Assembly (NCBI GenBank): GCA_022566515.1
Contig: JADFIT010000004.1
Span: 1-60,720 of the forward strand
Length of the DNA stretch: 60,720 nt
Direction of reading: 5' to 3'
Origin: Gemmatimonadota bacterium
Lineage (GTDB): Bacteria > Gemmatimonadota > Gemmatimonadetes > Gemmatimonadales > GWC2-71-9
Position numbers and translations under genes: made by a program. Position 1 is the first letter of the stretch; each line of letters begins with the position of its first letter. The notes beneath the pieces were generated by a model, which saw only the letters and a list, made by a program, of their open reading frames with translations, had not been told where the DNA came from and ran no database searches. Positions 18,004 through 27,200 of the stretch are shown piece after piece.

Positions 18004-20595
18004 TCAGATCACTACCTCTTCCGCCGGCTCCCGCAGGTTGTAACGCGAACTCATCGTGTACCCGTACGCCCCGGTGTTTGCGATCAAGAGCACATCGCCC
18101 TCCTCCGTTGGCGGGAGGAGATGATCTACCCCGAGCCGGTCACCGGTCTCGCAGATCGGCCCCACGACGCTCACGACCTCCGTCGCCTTCTGGTCGAGGC
18201 GCGACAGGTTGACGATCCGATGGTAGGCACCGTACAGAGCGGGTCGTATCAAGGAGTTCATCCCAGTGTTCACCCCGATATAGCGAACATCTCCCTTGCC
18301 TTTGATCTGCGTCACTCTGGTCAACAACACACCGCTTCGTGCTACCAGGAATCGACCGGGCTCGAGCCAAATGGAAAGCGACGGATTCGCAGCCTTCAGC
18401 GGGGCCAGGCTGGCGTCGATCGCCTGAAGATCGAGGGCCGACTGGTCGGGCCGCTCGGGAACCCCGAGACCACCACCAAGATTCAAGGTCGCTACATTCG
18501 GGAACTGTTCCGCGACCCGGGCCAGCAAGGCTCCGGTGTTGCTCCAATGAGTCGGCGACAGAATTCCGCTTCCCGAATGAGCGTGTAAGCCCACGATTCG
18601 TGCGCCCGCTGCCTCAGCGAGTCGGCGAAACTCTCCAAGCTCGGTCAACGGGACCCCGAACTTCGACTGCGATCCCGCCGTGTGGACCTTTTCGTGGTGG
18701 CCGTGCCCCTGCCCCGGATCTATCCGCAAGAAGATCTCTCGGTCGCGAAACAAGTCGGGCCAGCAGAGGAGGGGATGGAGATTGTCCAACGTGACCCAAA
18801 CGCCGAGTCGGAGCGCGAAAGCATACTCGTCCTGCGGAGCGAAGTTGGGTGTGAAGAGAATGTCGCGTGGATCGATGTCAGGAAACAGCGATAACACCAG
18901 TTCGACCTCGGCGCGCGAGACGCACTCCAAGCCTAGGCCTGAGTTACGGATACACTCGAGTATTCGCGGATTGGAGTTGGCTTTCATCGCATAAAACACA
19001 CGGTCCACGGCCTCCATCCGTTTCACCTGAGCGACGGCCTCGTAGACGGTTGCGACGTCGTAGACATATGCCGAGGGCCGATCGTCGACAACGGCCAGCA
19101 GCGAATCCCGCTTGCTGTGCCACCAGGGCACATCGGCGATCTCGTCGGTCGCCGGTGATCCTCCCTGCAATTGTTCCCAGGTAGGACCAAACGCTGCGTT
19201 GGGCGCCCGAGTCCGCATCATGAGAGCGTGCAGCCGCTCAACGAGACGGTTTGCGCTCGCTTCCTCCACCACGAACGTGAGGTTGAGGTCGCTGGCCGCC
19301 TGGGTAACGAGATGGACTTGCTGCTCCTGAAAGACCTCCAAGGCGGGACCGAGCTGATGCAGAATCGCGCGAATGTGGCGACCTACGAGGCTCACCGCGG
19401 CGCACGGCGCGATCACCCGAGCCTTGCATATGGCGTTGAGGTCTTCGAGGAGTCCGCCGAGTGAAGTGGAGTCGAGACCGTTGGCGTCGGCGTCCAACGA
19501 AACCGTGACGGTGGTCTCCGATGTCGCAACCAGGTCGATGGAAATTTCGTGGTTCGCAAAGCACCGGAACGCTTCGGCTAGGAACCCCACTTGTTGCCAC
19601 ATGCCGAGGGTCTCCATGGTAACCAGCACCGTTTCACGCTTGACCGAGATCGCCTTCACGCTAGGCGTACCCTCGTCTGCCAAAGCGCAAATCATGGTAC
19701 CCACTTGCTGAGGGTGAGCAATGCTGCGGATATGGATCGGGATGCCGTGCGCACGTACGGTGGGGATGCAGCGGGCATGCAGCACGGCGCTTCCGGTGGT
19801 CGCGATTTCCTGAGCTTCAGCGTAGTCGAGAGTGCGCAGGAGGCGGGCCGATGGGACGATTCGCGGGTCCGCGCTGAACATCCCCGGGACGTCGGTCCAA
19901 ATCTCCAGTAGTTGCGCCTGGAGTTTGACAGCGAAGTAAGCGGCAGATGTGTCGGAGCCTCCCCGGCCCAAGAGCACGGTTTCGCCACTAGAGTCGTGGG
20001 CGATGAACCCTTGCGTGATGATCGTACCGTGTGTCTCCGAGAAGAGCTTGCAGAGCTTCGGATCGGGCTCGCTGGCACACTCTGCCGAGAGAATGCGTGA
20101 ACCGGACGGCGCATCCCTTCTGTCCTGGGTCGTCAGCACTGTTCGCGCATCCACCCATGTGACTTGCTGGCCTTGGGTTCTCAGGTAAGCTGCCCCGAGC
20201 AACGTCGCCATGAGCTCACCGGTGGCCAGGACCCTGGCCTGTAATCGAGGAGAGTACTCTCCCACCAGTGAGATGCCGGCAGCCAATCTGCCGAGTTCGC
20301 TCAAGAGGAGGTCGAGTGACTCGGCGAAGGGTATGTCCAACTCGGCGGCGAGCACTTCGTGTTGGTCTCGAATCGCTCGAGCGATCGGCTCGTGGCTACC
20401 GCCGGTGGCCGCCTTCAGCAGGGCTTCGAGTTGATCAGACACTCCGCTGAGAGCGGAGCATACCACGACGGGACGTGCACCTTCGTCAATTCGTTTCCCA
20501 ACCACCTCGGCGATGGTGCGCCACGCGGGCGCGGACGATACGCTGGTACCGCCGAACTTCATGACCACCCACGGGGATTTTTCTGGAAGGTGCAT
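18004..20595 (-). CDS. lysAC: Bifunctional aspartate kinase / diaminopimelate decarboxylase
   Basis: N-terminal VMKFGGTSV, LGRGGSDTSA, WTDVPG and ACT domains; C-terminal YAMKAN (PLP Lys), HAHSGSG, NLGGG, EPGRF, GPICETGD, GAYG. Start placed at ATG 20595. Confidence 0.94.
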   Translation of the reverse strand: MHLPEKSPWVVMKFGGTSVSSAPAWRTIAEVVGKRIDEGARPVVVCSALSGVSDQLEALLKAATGGSHEPIARAIRDQHEVLAAELDIPFAESLDLLLSELGRLAAGISLVGEYSPRLQARVLATGELMATLLGAAYLRTQGQQVTWVDARTVLTTQDRRDAPSGSRILSAECASEPDPKLCKLFSETHGTIITQGFIAHDSSGETVLLGRGGSDTSAAYFAVKLQAQLLEIWTDVPGMFSADPRIVPSARLLRTLDYAEAQEIATTGSAVLHARCIPTVRAHGIPIHIRSIAHPQQVGTMICALADEGTPSVKAISVKRETVLVTMETLGMWQQVGFLAEAFRCFANHEISIDLVATSETTVTVSLDADANGLDSTSLGGLLEDLNAICKARVIAPCAAVSLVGRHIRAILHQLGPALEVFQEQQVHLVTQAASDLNLTFVVEEASANRLVERLHALMMRTRAPNAAFGPTWEQLQGGSPATDEIADVPWWHSKRDSLLAVVDDRPSAYVYDVATVYEAVAQVKRMEAVDRVFYAMKANSNPRILECIRNSGLGLECVSRAEVELVLSLFPDIDPRDILFTPNFAPQDEYAFALRLGVWVTLDNLHPLLCWPDLFRDREIFLRIDPGQGHGHHEKVHTAGSQSKFGVPLTELGEFRRLAEAAGARIVGLHAHSGSGILSPTHWSNTGALLARVAEQFPNVATLNLGGGLGVPERPDQSALDLQAIDASLAPLKAANPSLSIWLEPGRFLVARSGVLLTRVTQIKGKGDVRYIGVNTGMNSLIRPALYGAYHRIVNLSRLDQKATEVVSVVGPICETGDRLGVDHLLPPTEEGDVLLIANTGAYGYTMSSRYNLREPAEEVVI

Positions 20596-20658
20596 AGCGG
20601 AGGAAGATATCGTGGGTGAGCATTCGCTGCGAGACACGCACGGGGAGTGGGGAGTTTC

Positions 20659-20765
20659 TCAAAGTCCCAACCAGTAATTCACCTTTACGCTGAAGATGTT
20701 GTCCGCCACCGCGTCGCCGAACAGCGAGTCAAATTCCCGCAGGACATCGAAACTCGCGTTTCGAA
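20659..20765 (-). pseudogene. Orphan 3' gene remnant resembling an outer-membrane protein C-terminus (DUF5916-like)
   Basis: Reads ..RNASFDVLREFDSLFGDAVADNIFSVKVNYWLGL*. Further upstream the frame is merely antisense to pilS. Family assignment is from recollection. Confidence 0.5.
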
Positions 20766-20812
20766 TCTGACCTACTGTTGCGTTTTGCGAGAGTGGCGCC
20801 AATACTGAGGCT

Positions 20813-22519
20813 ATGACAGCCCCACATACTCTTGCAAAGGGCCAGAGCGGAGCGGCGGGATCGGGGCCCAAGATTCCCACGTCGTCGGCGCTGCTGAAGT
20901 GGGTGTATTTGGGACGGCTCAGCGTGGCCACGGCGATTTTCGTCGCGTTTTCTTTCTACTTCACCGAACACCCGCCGGCCCAGTTTTTCATCATCACGTT
21001 GGCCCTGGTCTTGAGCCTGGTGTTCACGGGGGCTTCGTTCTTTCACACGCATGTCCGGGGTGTCGTACCGACTCCCACCTTCCTTTACATGCAGACGCTG
21101 TTCGATCTGGGTTTGGTCACAGCGGTGGTCCATGTGACCGGAGGAGCGAACAGCGACTTTGCGTCCCTCTACATCCTGGTCATAGCGGTGAGTGCGGTAA
21201 CCATGCCCATCGCCTCCGGCTTGCTGGTGACGATTCTCGCCGCCGTCCTATACATCGCGGATGTTTTGTTCGGACTGTACTTCGGGGATGTGGAGGGCCC
21301 GGTACAGCTTTCGGTGTCGCTCTGGTTCCAAGTGGGTGTTTTTGTCTTGGTGGCGCTCGCTGTCAGCTATCTCGCGAGCCGGGTCCGGGTGGTTGGGGCG
21401 GCCAGGACCGTGCTGGAGCAAGAGGTGAAGCGGCTCCGCCTCGAGGCGCCGGACATCCTGCGCCAACTCGTCACCGGGGTGGTCACCGTTGGCGGAGACG
21501 GGAGCCTGGCGTTCGCGAACCCGGCGGCGGAGCAGTTGCTTGGGTTCCAGAGTGAACGATATCTGGGCCTGCCGTTTCTCGGTTTCCTCGAGAACGTGTC
21601 GGAGGAGCTTGCCAAGGGGATCGTGATGGCACAACGCGATCGCCGCCGCCGCATGCGTCTGAACGGATCCGTGGTCTCCGACGGGCGCACGTTTCCCATA
21701 GGCGTCACCACGACGCTACACGAAACAGAGGGTGAGGAGCCCGCATCGGTCACGGCGATTTTCACGGACATTTCGGATCAGGTCCGCCTCCAGGAGTTGA
21801 ATCGGCGCACGGAGCGGTTGGAGGCGGTGGCGGAGCTGTCTGCATCGCTGGCGCACGAGATCAAAAATCCACTGGCGTCCATACGTTCTTCGGTGGAGCA
21901 GTTGGGAAAGTCAGCATATGCCGACGAAGACGATCAATTGCTCGCCGAGCTGATAATTCGCGAAAGCGATCGCTTGAGCAGGCTGCTGACCGATTTCTTG
22001 GATTTTTCGCGGCTCCAGGTGGGGGAGCCGCAGCCTGTACATATGGCAGCCGTTGCCGAGGCGGCGGTAGCCGTGGTGCGCGAACACCCCGATTGTCCTC
22101 CGGACGCGGATCTTACGATCGAGGGGCATTGTGCTCCGATTATAGGAGACGAGGACTTGCTGCACCGCGTCGTGGTGAATCTGCTGTTGAATGCAATGCA
22201 GGCCTCAGGAGGAAAGGCTTCGGTCAAGCTGGTGTTACGAGATGTGGAGGCCTCCGATGTGCCGGGTGGGGCGTTGCGAGAGCCCTGCATTCTCCTCGAG
22301 GTGTCGGACACCGGACCGGGGATTCCTCCGGAGTTGCGCGAGAAGCTCTTCGATCCGTTTGTGACGGGTCGCGACGGGGGCACGGGTCTCGGCCTTTCCA
22401 TCGTGCAACGTGCGGTGGTGGCGCACAGGGGATTGATCTTTGTGGATACGGAAACCGGCAAAGGCACCACGTTCAGCATATACTTGCCCCGCGCTAGACG
22501 GAAGGAGGTTGCGGCATGA
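20813..22519 (+). CDS. pilS: Sensor histidine kinase PilS (TM-PAS-HisKA-HATPase)
   Basis: About 6 TM helices, LAHEIKNPL, NLLLNAMQA, DTGPG, GTGLGLSI; lies in the pil locus. Confidence 0.9.
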   Translation: MTAPHTLAKGQSGAAGSGPKIPTSSALLKWVYLGRLSVATAIFVAFSFYFTEHPPAQFFIITLALVLSLVFTGASFFHTHVRGVVPTPTFLYMQTLFDLGLVTAVVHVTGGANSDFASLYILVIAVSAVTMPIASGLLVTILAAVLYIADVLFGLYFGDVEGPVQLSVSLWFQVGVFVLVALAVSYLASRVRVVGAARTVLEQEVKRLRLEAPDILRQLVTGVVTVGGDGSLAFANPAAEQLLGFQSERYLGLPFLGFLENVSEELAKGIVMAQRDRRRRMRLNGSVVSDGRTFPIGVTTTLHETEGEEPASVTAIFTDISDQVRLQELNRRTERLEAVAELSASLAHEIKNPLASIRSSVEQLGKSAYADEDDQLLAELIIRESDRLSRLLTDFLDFSRLQVGEPQPVHMAAVAEAAVAVVREHPDCPPDADLTIEGHCAPIIGDEDLLHRVVVNLLLNAMQASGGKASVKLVLRDVEASDVPGGALREPCILLEVSDTGPGIPPELREKLFDPFVTGRDGGTGLGLSIVQRAVVAHRGLIFVDTETGKGTTFSIYLPRARRKEVAA

Positions 22520-23889
22520 ACGAACGCCGACCGTCGATTCTCGTCATTGACGACGAGTCGGGCATCCTCGAGACCTTACGCATCCTGCTCAAGAAATCAG
22601 GATTTGACGTGAGCACGGCCCAGGGGGGAAGTAGCGCCCTAGAGGCGATCCAGGCCGGATCTGCGGACGTCGTGTTGACAGATGTGCGGATGCCTCAAAT
22701 CGGCGGCTTGGACATTCTTCACGCGGCGCACAAGCAGGATCCTGAGACGCCGGTCATCTTGATGACTGCGCAAGCGTCCCTGCAAACGGCGATTCAGGCT
22801 GTAAACGATGGCGCCTTCTATTACATCCAGAAGCCGTTTTCCAATGACGACATGGTGGCGATCTGCCGGCGTGCCGCGGAATACCGCGAGTTGCGGTTCG
22901 AGAACAAGCATCTCAAGAGCGAAATTCGCCGCCGCGACCGCTCCGTGGCCGCAAAGCCGCTCGGCAAGGCGCCCTGTTTCGTGGAGGTGATGAAACTCGC
23001 CGAACAAGTCGCGCCGACGGATTCGACGGTGTTGATCCAGGGCGAGAGCGGAACCGGGAAGGAGGTTATAGCCAGGTACATCCACGAGCTATCGCACCGC
23101 AGTGAGGGGCCGTTCTTGTCGATCAACTGCGGCGCACTGCCCGAGGGCCTATTGGAGTCAGAGCTGTTTGGCCACGTCAAGGGTTCGTTTACCGGAGCCA
23201 TAAGAGACAAGGAGGGGCTGTTCACGGCGGCCCGGGGCGGGAGTTTCTTCTTGGATGAAATCGGCGAGACCACCCCTGCGACACAAGTCAAGCTGCTTCG
23301 TGTGCTGCAAGAGCGCGAGGTTCTTCCGGTAGGCGGTACGGAACCGCTTCGGGTTGATGTAAGGGTGATAGCGGCGACGAACCGCGACCTCGATGAGGAG
23401 ATCCGGAGAGGACGATTTCGGTCTGACTTGTTTTACCGCCTCAATGTTTTCTCCCTTTACCTTCCGAAGCTGAGCGACCGGCGCGAGGACATACCACTCC
23501 TGGCGGAGGCGTCCCTCGAGCGCATCGGTAGAGAGCGGGATCATGGGGCTCCGGTCATGTCGCAGGACGTGCTCGACGCGATCATGGTGTACGAGTGGCC
23601 CGGTAACGTGCGAGAGTTGGAGAACGCCTTGGAGCACGCCGCCATCCTGACACGTGGGCCGGAGATCAACTTGGACGCTCTGCCCAAGCGGATCACGGCA
23701 CCCAAGGCTCAACCGCTGGTGGACGATCGTCCGGCAGCCAATCCGACCCTCGAAGTGATCGAGCAAGCGTATATCACGTGGGTGCTGCAGGCAGAGGGTG
23801 GCAACAAGACACGCACTGCTGAGGTGTTGGGCATCGATCCGTCTACGTTGTACCGCAAGCTCGCACGGTATGACTCAACCCAGGAATAG
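22516..23889 (+). CDS. pilR: Sigma54-dependent response regulator PilR
   Basis: Receiver (IDDE, LTDVRMP, KPF), GESGTGKE, GSFTGA, Fis-type HTH; coupled to pilS. Confidence 0.9.
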   Translation: MNERRPSILVIDDESGILETLRILLKKSGFDVSTAQGGSSALEAIQAGSADVVLTDVRMPQIGGLDILHAAHKQDPETPVILMTAQASLQTAIQAVNDGAFYYIQKPFSNDDMVAICRRAAEYRELRFENKHLKSEIRRRDRSVAAKPLGKAPCFVEVMKLAEQVAPTDSTVLIQGESGTGKEVIARYIHELSHRSEGPFLSINCGALPEGLLESELFGHVKGSFTGAIRDKEGLFTAARGGSFFLDEIGETTPATQVKLLRVLQEREVLPVGGTEPLRVDVRVIAATNRDLDEEIRRGRFRSDLFYRLNVFSLYLPKLSDRREDIPLLAEASLERIGRERDHGAPVMSQDVLDAIMVYEWPGNVRELENALEHAAILTRGPEINLDALPKRITAPKAQPLVDDRPAANPTLEVIEQAYITWVLQAEGGNKTRTAEVLGIDPSTLYRKLARYDSTQE

Positions 23890-24598
23890 CTCGCCGGTCT
23901 CTCAGGACGCCGTCGGAGCTGCCACGCTCGAGCGGATGGCAGAAGCTCCGGCGTTCAATCGCTGGATGTTCGATCGTCTTGCGGGATGGATCGGGTCTCG
24001 AGTTCTCGAGATAGGCTCCGGGATCGGCAACATGTCTCAGTTCTTCATCGATCGGGATCAAGTGGTTCTGACGGATACGGAATCGGCGTACCGGCTCGTG
24101 TTGCAGGAAAAGTTCGGCGCCCGCGGAAACGTCGCTGTCGTTGCCCTTTCCTTGCCTCATGTGCCCGGCGAGTTGTCCGGCCGACGTTTCGACACGATCG
24201 TCTGCTTGAACGTTCTGGAGCATATCGATGACGACATCGGGTCGCTCGAGGCGATGTATAGCCTCTTGGAGCCTGCCGGCAAGTTGGTGTTGCTGGTGCC
24301 GGCGTTTCCGGGGCTCTACGGTTCGCTGGACCGAGCGCTCGGTCACTATCGTCGCTATACCAGAAAGCTGCTGCGCGCCCGGTACGCGAAAGTCGGCTTT
24401 GCCATGCGCCGCCTCGAGTACTTCAACTTGGCCGGCATGCCAGGATGGTGGATCACTGGACGCCTACTGCGGCGTGATCTTATTCCCACAGGATCGCTCG
24501 CGCTGTATGACAGCTTGGTACCGCTGTTCCGATGGGAGAAGTTCCTGCCGCTCCGTGTTGGGCAATCCCTGATCGCGATTGGAGAGCGTCCGTCATGA
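23870..24598 (+). CDS. Class I SAM-dependent methyltransferase
   Basis: VLEIGSGIG, FDTIVCLNVLEHI, LLVPA..D..LGHYRRY. Confidence 0.88.
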   Translation: MTQPRNSSPVSQDAVGAATLERMAEAPAFNRWMFDRLAGWIGSRVLEIGSGIGNMSQFFIDRDQVVLTDTESAYRLVLQEKFGARGNVAVVALSLPHVPGELSGRRFDTIVCLNVLEHIDDDIGSLEAMYSLLEPAGKLVLLVPAFPGLYGSLDRALGHYRRYTRKLLRARYAKVGFAMRRLEYFNLAGMPGWWITGRLLRRDLIPTGSLALYDSLVPLFRWEKFLPLRVGQSLIAIGERPS

Positions 24599-25329
24599 GC
24601 ATACCGTCCGATTGGAATGACATCGTCGTTTCCGCCATCGTGCCGGTATACAACGAAGCGACTACTGTAAAGGCGGTCGTCGAGCGCCTGCATGAGGTCC
24701 CGCTCCACGTAGAGATTGTTGCGATCAACGACGGTTCGAGTGACGGGACGGGCAAGGTGTTGGACGCCCTGCGCGAACAGGGTCTGATCGACAAAGTGAT
24801 CCACCACCCCAAGAACAAAGGCAAGGGAGCGGCGGTGCGGGCCGGCATCGATGCGGCTACCGGTCACGTGATCGTGGTTCAGGATGCGGATTTGGAGTAC
24901 GACCCCACCGACCTTCCGACGTTGCTCGATCCGATCCGCTTGGACAAGGCCGACGCGGTGTACGGCTCCCGTTTCCACGGCGGCCCGCGAAGGGTCTTGT
25001 TCTTCTGGCACTCGATTGGAAATCGGTTTCTCACACTGCTGTCGAACATGCTGACGGACCTCAATCTGAGCGACATGGAAACGTGCTACAAGATGGTGCG
25101 TGCCGACCTGATGAAGTCGCTCCCGCTCGTGTCGAACCGATTCGGCATCGAGGTAGAGGTGACAGCTCGGCTCGCCCAGGCGGGGGCGAGAATCTGGGAG
25201 CTTCCCATCAGCTATTCGGGGCGCACTTACGCCGAAGGCAAGAAGATCGACTGGCGCGACGGCGTGGCGGCGTTCTGGCACATTCTCCGCTTCAACCTCC
25301 TTCCTCCAAGACGTAAGCGGGCTCGGTGA
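24595..25329 (+). CDS. GT2 glycosyltransferase, polyprenol-phosphate sugar synthase (DPM1-like)
   Basis: IVPVYNE, NDGSSDGT, NKGKGAA, QDADLEY, YGSRF, DMETCYK. Confidence 0.9.
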   Translation: MSIPSDWNDIVVSAIVPVYNEATTVKAVVERLHEVPLHVEIVAINDGSSDGTGKVLDALREQGLIDKVIHHPKNKGKGAAVRAGIDAATGHVIVVQDADLEYDPTDLPTLLDPIRLDKADAVYGSRFHGGPRRVLFFWHSIGNRFLTLLSNMLTDLNLSDMETCYKMVRADLMKSLPLVSNRFGIEVEVTARLAQAGARIWELPISYSGRTYAEGKKIDWRDGVAAFWHILRFNLLPPRRKRAR

Positions 25330-27176
25330 CGGCGGCGCTCGCCCCCGACTCCGGGCGGCGCATGGTCATCATGGCGACGCTCGCGGCTGCGGCGACCGCC
25401 GTGCTCGTTGCTCTTCCTTCGATCGTCAACGGATTCGTGTACGACGACGTGTGGATAGTTCAGGACAGAGATGTCGTGCATTCCCTGCATCCCCTGGGCG
25501 AGCTGCTGGCGGCGCCGTTCTGGCCTGAGGCGCGCGGTGGATACATGTGGCGCCCGACGACACTCTTCGCATTTGCCGGTCAGTGGGTCGTGGGTGGAGG
25601 GAGCCCGGCGGTATTCCATGCGGTCAGCGTAGTACTCTACGGAATGGTGTCCGGGTTGGTCGCCCTTCTGGGTGCGTGGCTGTTCGCGCCGATGGTTGGG
25701 TTGCTCGCCGGGATACTGTTCGCCGTCCACCCCGTCCACGTGGAGGTAACGGCCAACGTCGTGGGTCAGGCGGAACTGCTGGCAGCGCTGGGCTACCTCG
25801 TAGCGCTGGTGGCGGCGTGGGAGCGGAGCGGATCCTCCGACAGGGGAAGGCGATCGGTATTGCTGGTGGCCGTCGTCGCCGGCGTGGCGTTCGGATTGGG
25901 GGCCAAGGAACACGTCGTTACGATTCCTGCGGCTCTGCTCGCAGTCTGGTGGCGGCGCGGTACCCGCGACGGCGAAGGGTTCGCGGCCGTCGCTCGACGC
26001 GAGTGGCCCGCGTTGATCGCAGCGACGGTCGTGATCGTGGGGTATCTCGCGCTTCGGGCGCGGTTTGCGCATTCTGCGATGGCCGCGGGAGACCTGGGGC
26101 CTGGATTGGACCACACCTCCATGTTCGACCGGGCAGTGATCATGCTTCCGGTGTCGCTCGAGTGGCTACGGCTGCTGTTTCTACCGTTCCAACTCTCGGC
26201 GGACTATTCCCCGCAGCACCTGGTGCCCGACCGATCGTTCGGGCTGATGCACGCCGCTGCCGCCATGACGTGGCTTGCGGTGGCCGTGGGGGCGTGGAGG
26301 CGGCGGGACCGATGGCCCGCGGCTTTCGTCGGCGTGGTCATGTTCGCCGCGACGATCTCGGTCGTCTCCAACGTCATTGTCCCGTTGGAAGTGTTGCTGG
26401 CCGAACGGCTGTTGTTTCTTCCGTCCGTGGGCTGGGCGTTGGCCATCGGTGGCTTCTTCGGCGCCGCTCGATTCCGCGACGCATCGGTCCGGAGGCGCAT
26501 CGCAATGGTGGCTGCCGCGATGGTTGTGCTCGCGTTTGCGGCACGGAGCGTGGGACGCGCCGGCGTTTGGCGCACCAACGAGACGTTCTTTCGTCAACTC
26601 CTCCACGACGCGCCCGACTCGTTTCGGGCCCACTGGGCTATTGGCGCCATGGCGTTCGAACGCGGGGACAGCGCCATCGGCGAGCGCGAGATGCTTACCG
26701 CGGTAAGGCTGTATCCGGACAATGTGGATTTGCTGCATGATCTCGGGGTGTTGTACGCGTCTACCGACCGATACCAACCCGCGATTCCACTCCTCGAGCG
26801 TGCGGTCCTGATCGACTCCACCGCAGTCGGGACCGCGCTGTCGCTCGCGCTGGCATTGGGGCGAACCGAACGGTATCCGGACGCCCTGGTGGTCCTCGAT
26901 GCCATGACGCGGCTTCACGGAGAGACAAACGCAACATTGGTCGTTCGAGGCGACGTGTTGTCGCAGTCCGGCGATGCGGCAGGGGCGCTCGCGCAATTCG
27001 AAGAACTCACCAGGCGGGCGCCCGACTCATGGCGATATCGAATCCTGGCCGCGCAAGCTTCTGCTCGGGCTGGGCGCTGCGACGTGGCAAGGGCCCAAGT
27101 GGACACCGCACGCCAATTGGCCGTAGCGACGGGGCAGAGCCTGCCCACCCTGGACGATCCCGGGCTTTGCCGGTAA
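25326..27176 (+). CDS. TMTC-like GT-C membrane glycosyltransferase with C-terminal TPRs (copy 1)
   Basis: NGFVYDD, WRP, LFAVHPVHVEVTANVVG, AKE, LSADYS, AERLLFLPSVG, WRTN, then TPR-like helices. Confidence 0.82.
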   Translation: MTAALAPDSGRRMVIMATLAAAATAVLVALPSIVNGFVYDDVWIVQDRDVVHSLHPLGELLAAPFWPEARGGYMWRPTTLFAFAGQWVVGGGSPAVFHAVSVVLYGMVSGLVALLGAWLFAPMVGLLAGILFAVHPVHVEVTANVVGQAELLAALGYLVALVAAWERSGSSDRGRRSVLLVAVVAGVAFGLGAKEHVVTIPAALLAVWWRRGTRDGEGFAAVARREWPALIAATVVIVGYLALRARFAHSAMAAGDLGPGLDHTSMFDRAVIMLPVSLEWLRLLFLPFQLSADYSPQHLVPDRSFGLMHAAAAMTWLAVAVGAWRRRDRWPAAFVGVVMFAATISVVSNVIVPLEVLLAERLLFLPSVGWALAIGGFFGAARFRDASVRRRIAMVAAAMVVLAFAARSVGRAGVWRTNETFFRQLLHDAPDSFRAHWAIGAMAFERGDSAIGEREMLTAVRLYPDNVDLLHDLGVLYASTDRYQPAIPLLERAVLIDSTAVGTALSLALALGRTERYPDALVVLDAMTRLHGETNATLVVRGDVLSQSGDAAGALAQFEELTRRAPDSWRYRILAAQASARAGRCDVARAQVDTARQLAVATGQSLPTLDDPGLCR

Positions 27177-27200
27177 CGGCGTGTCGAGTGAGGGCGTGAG

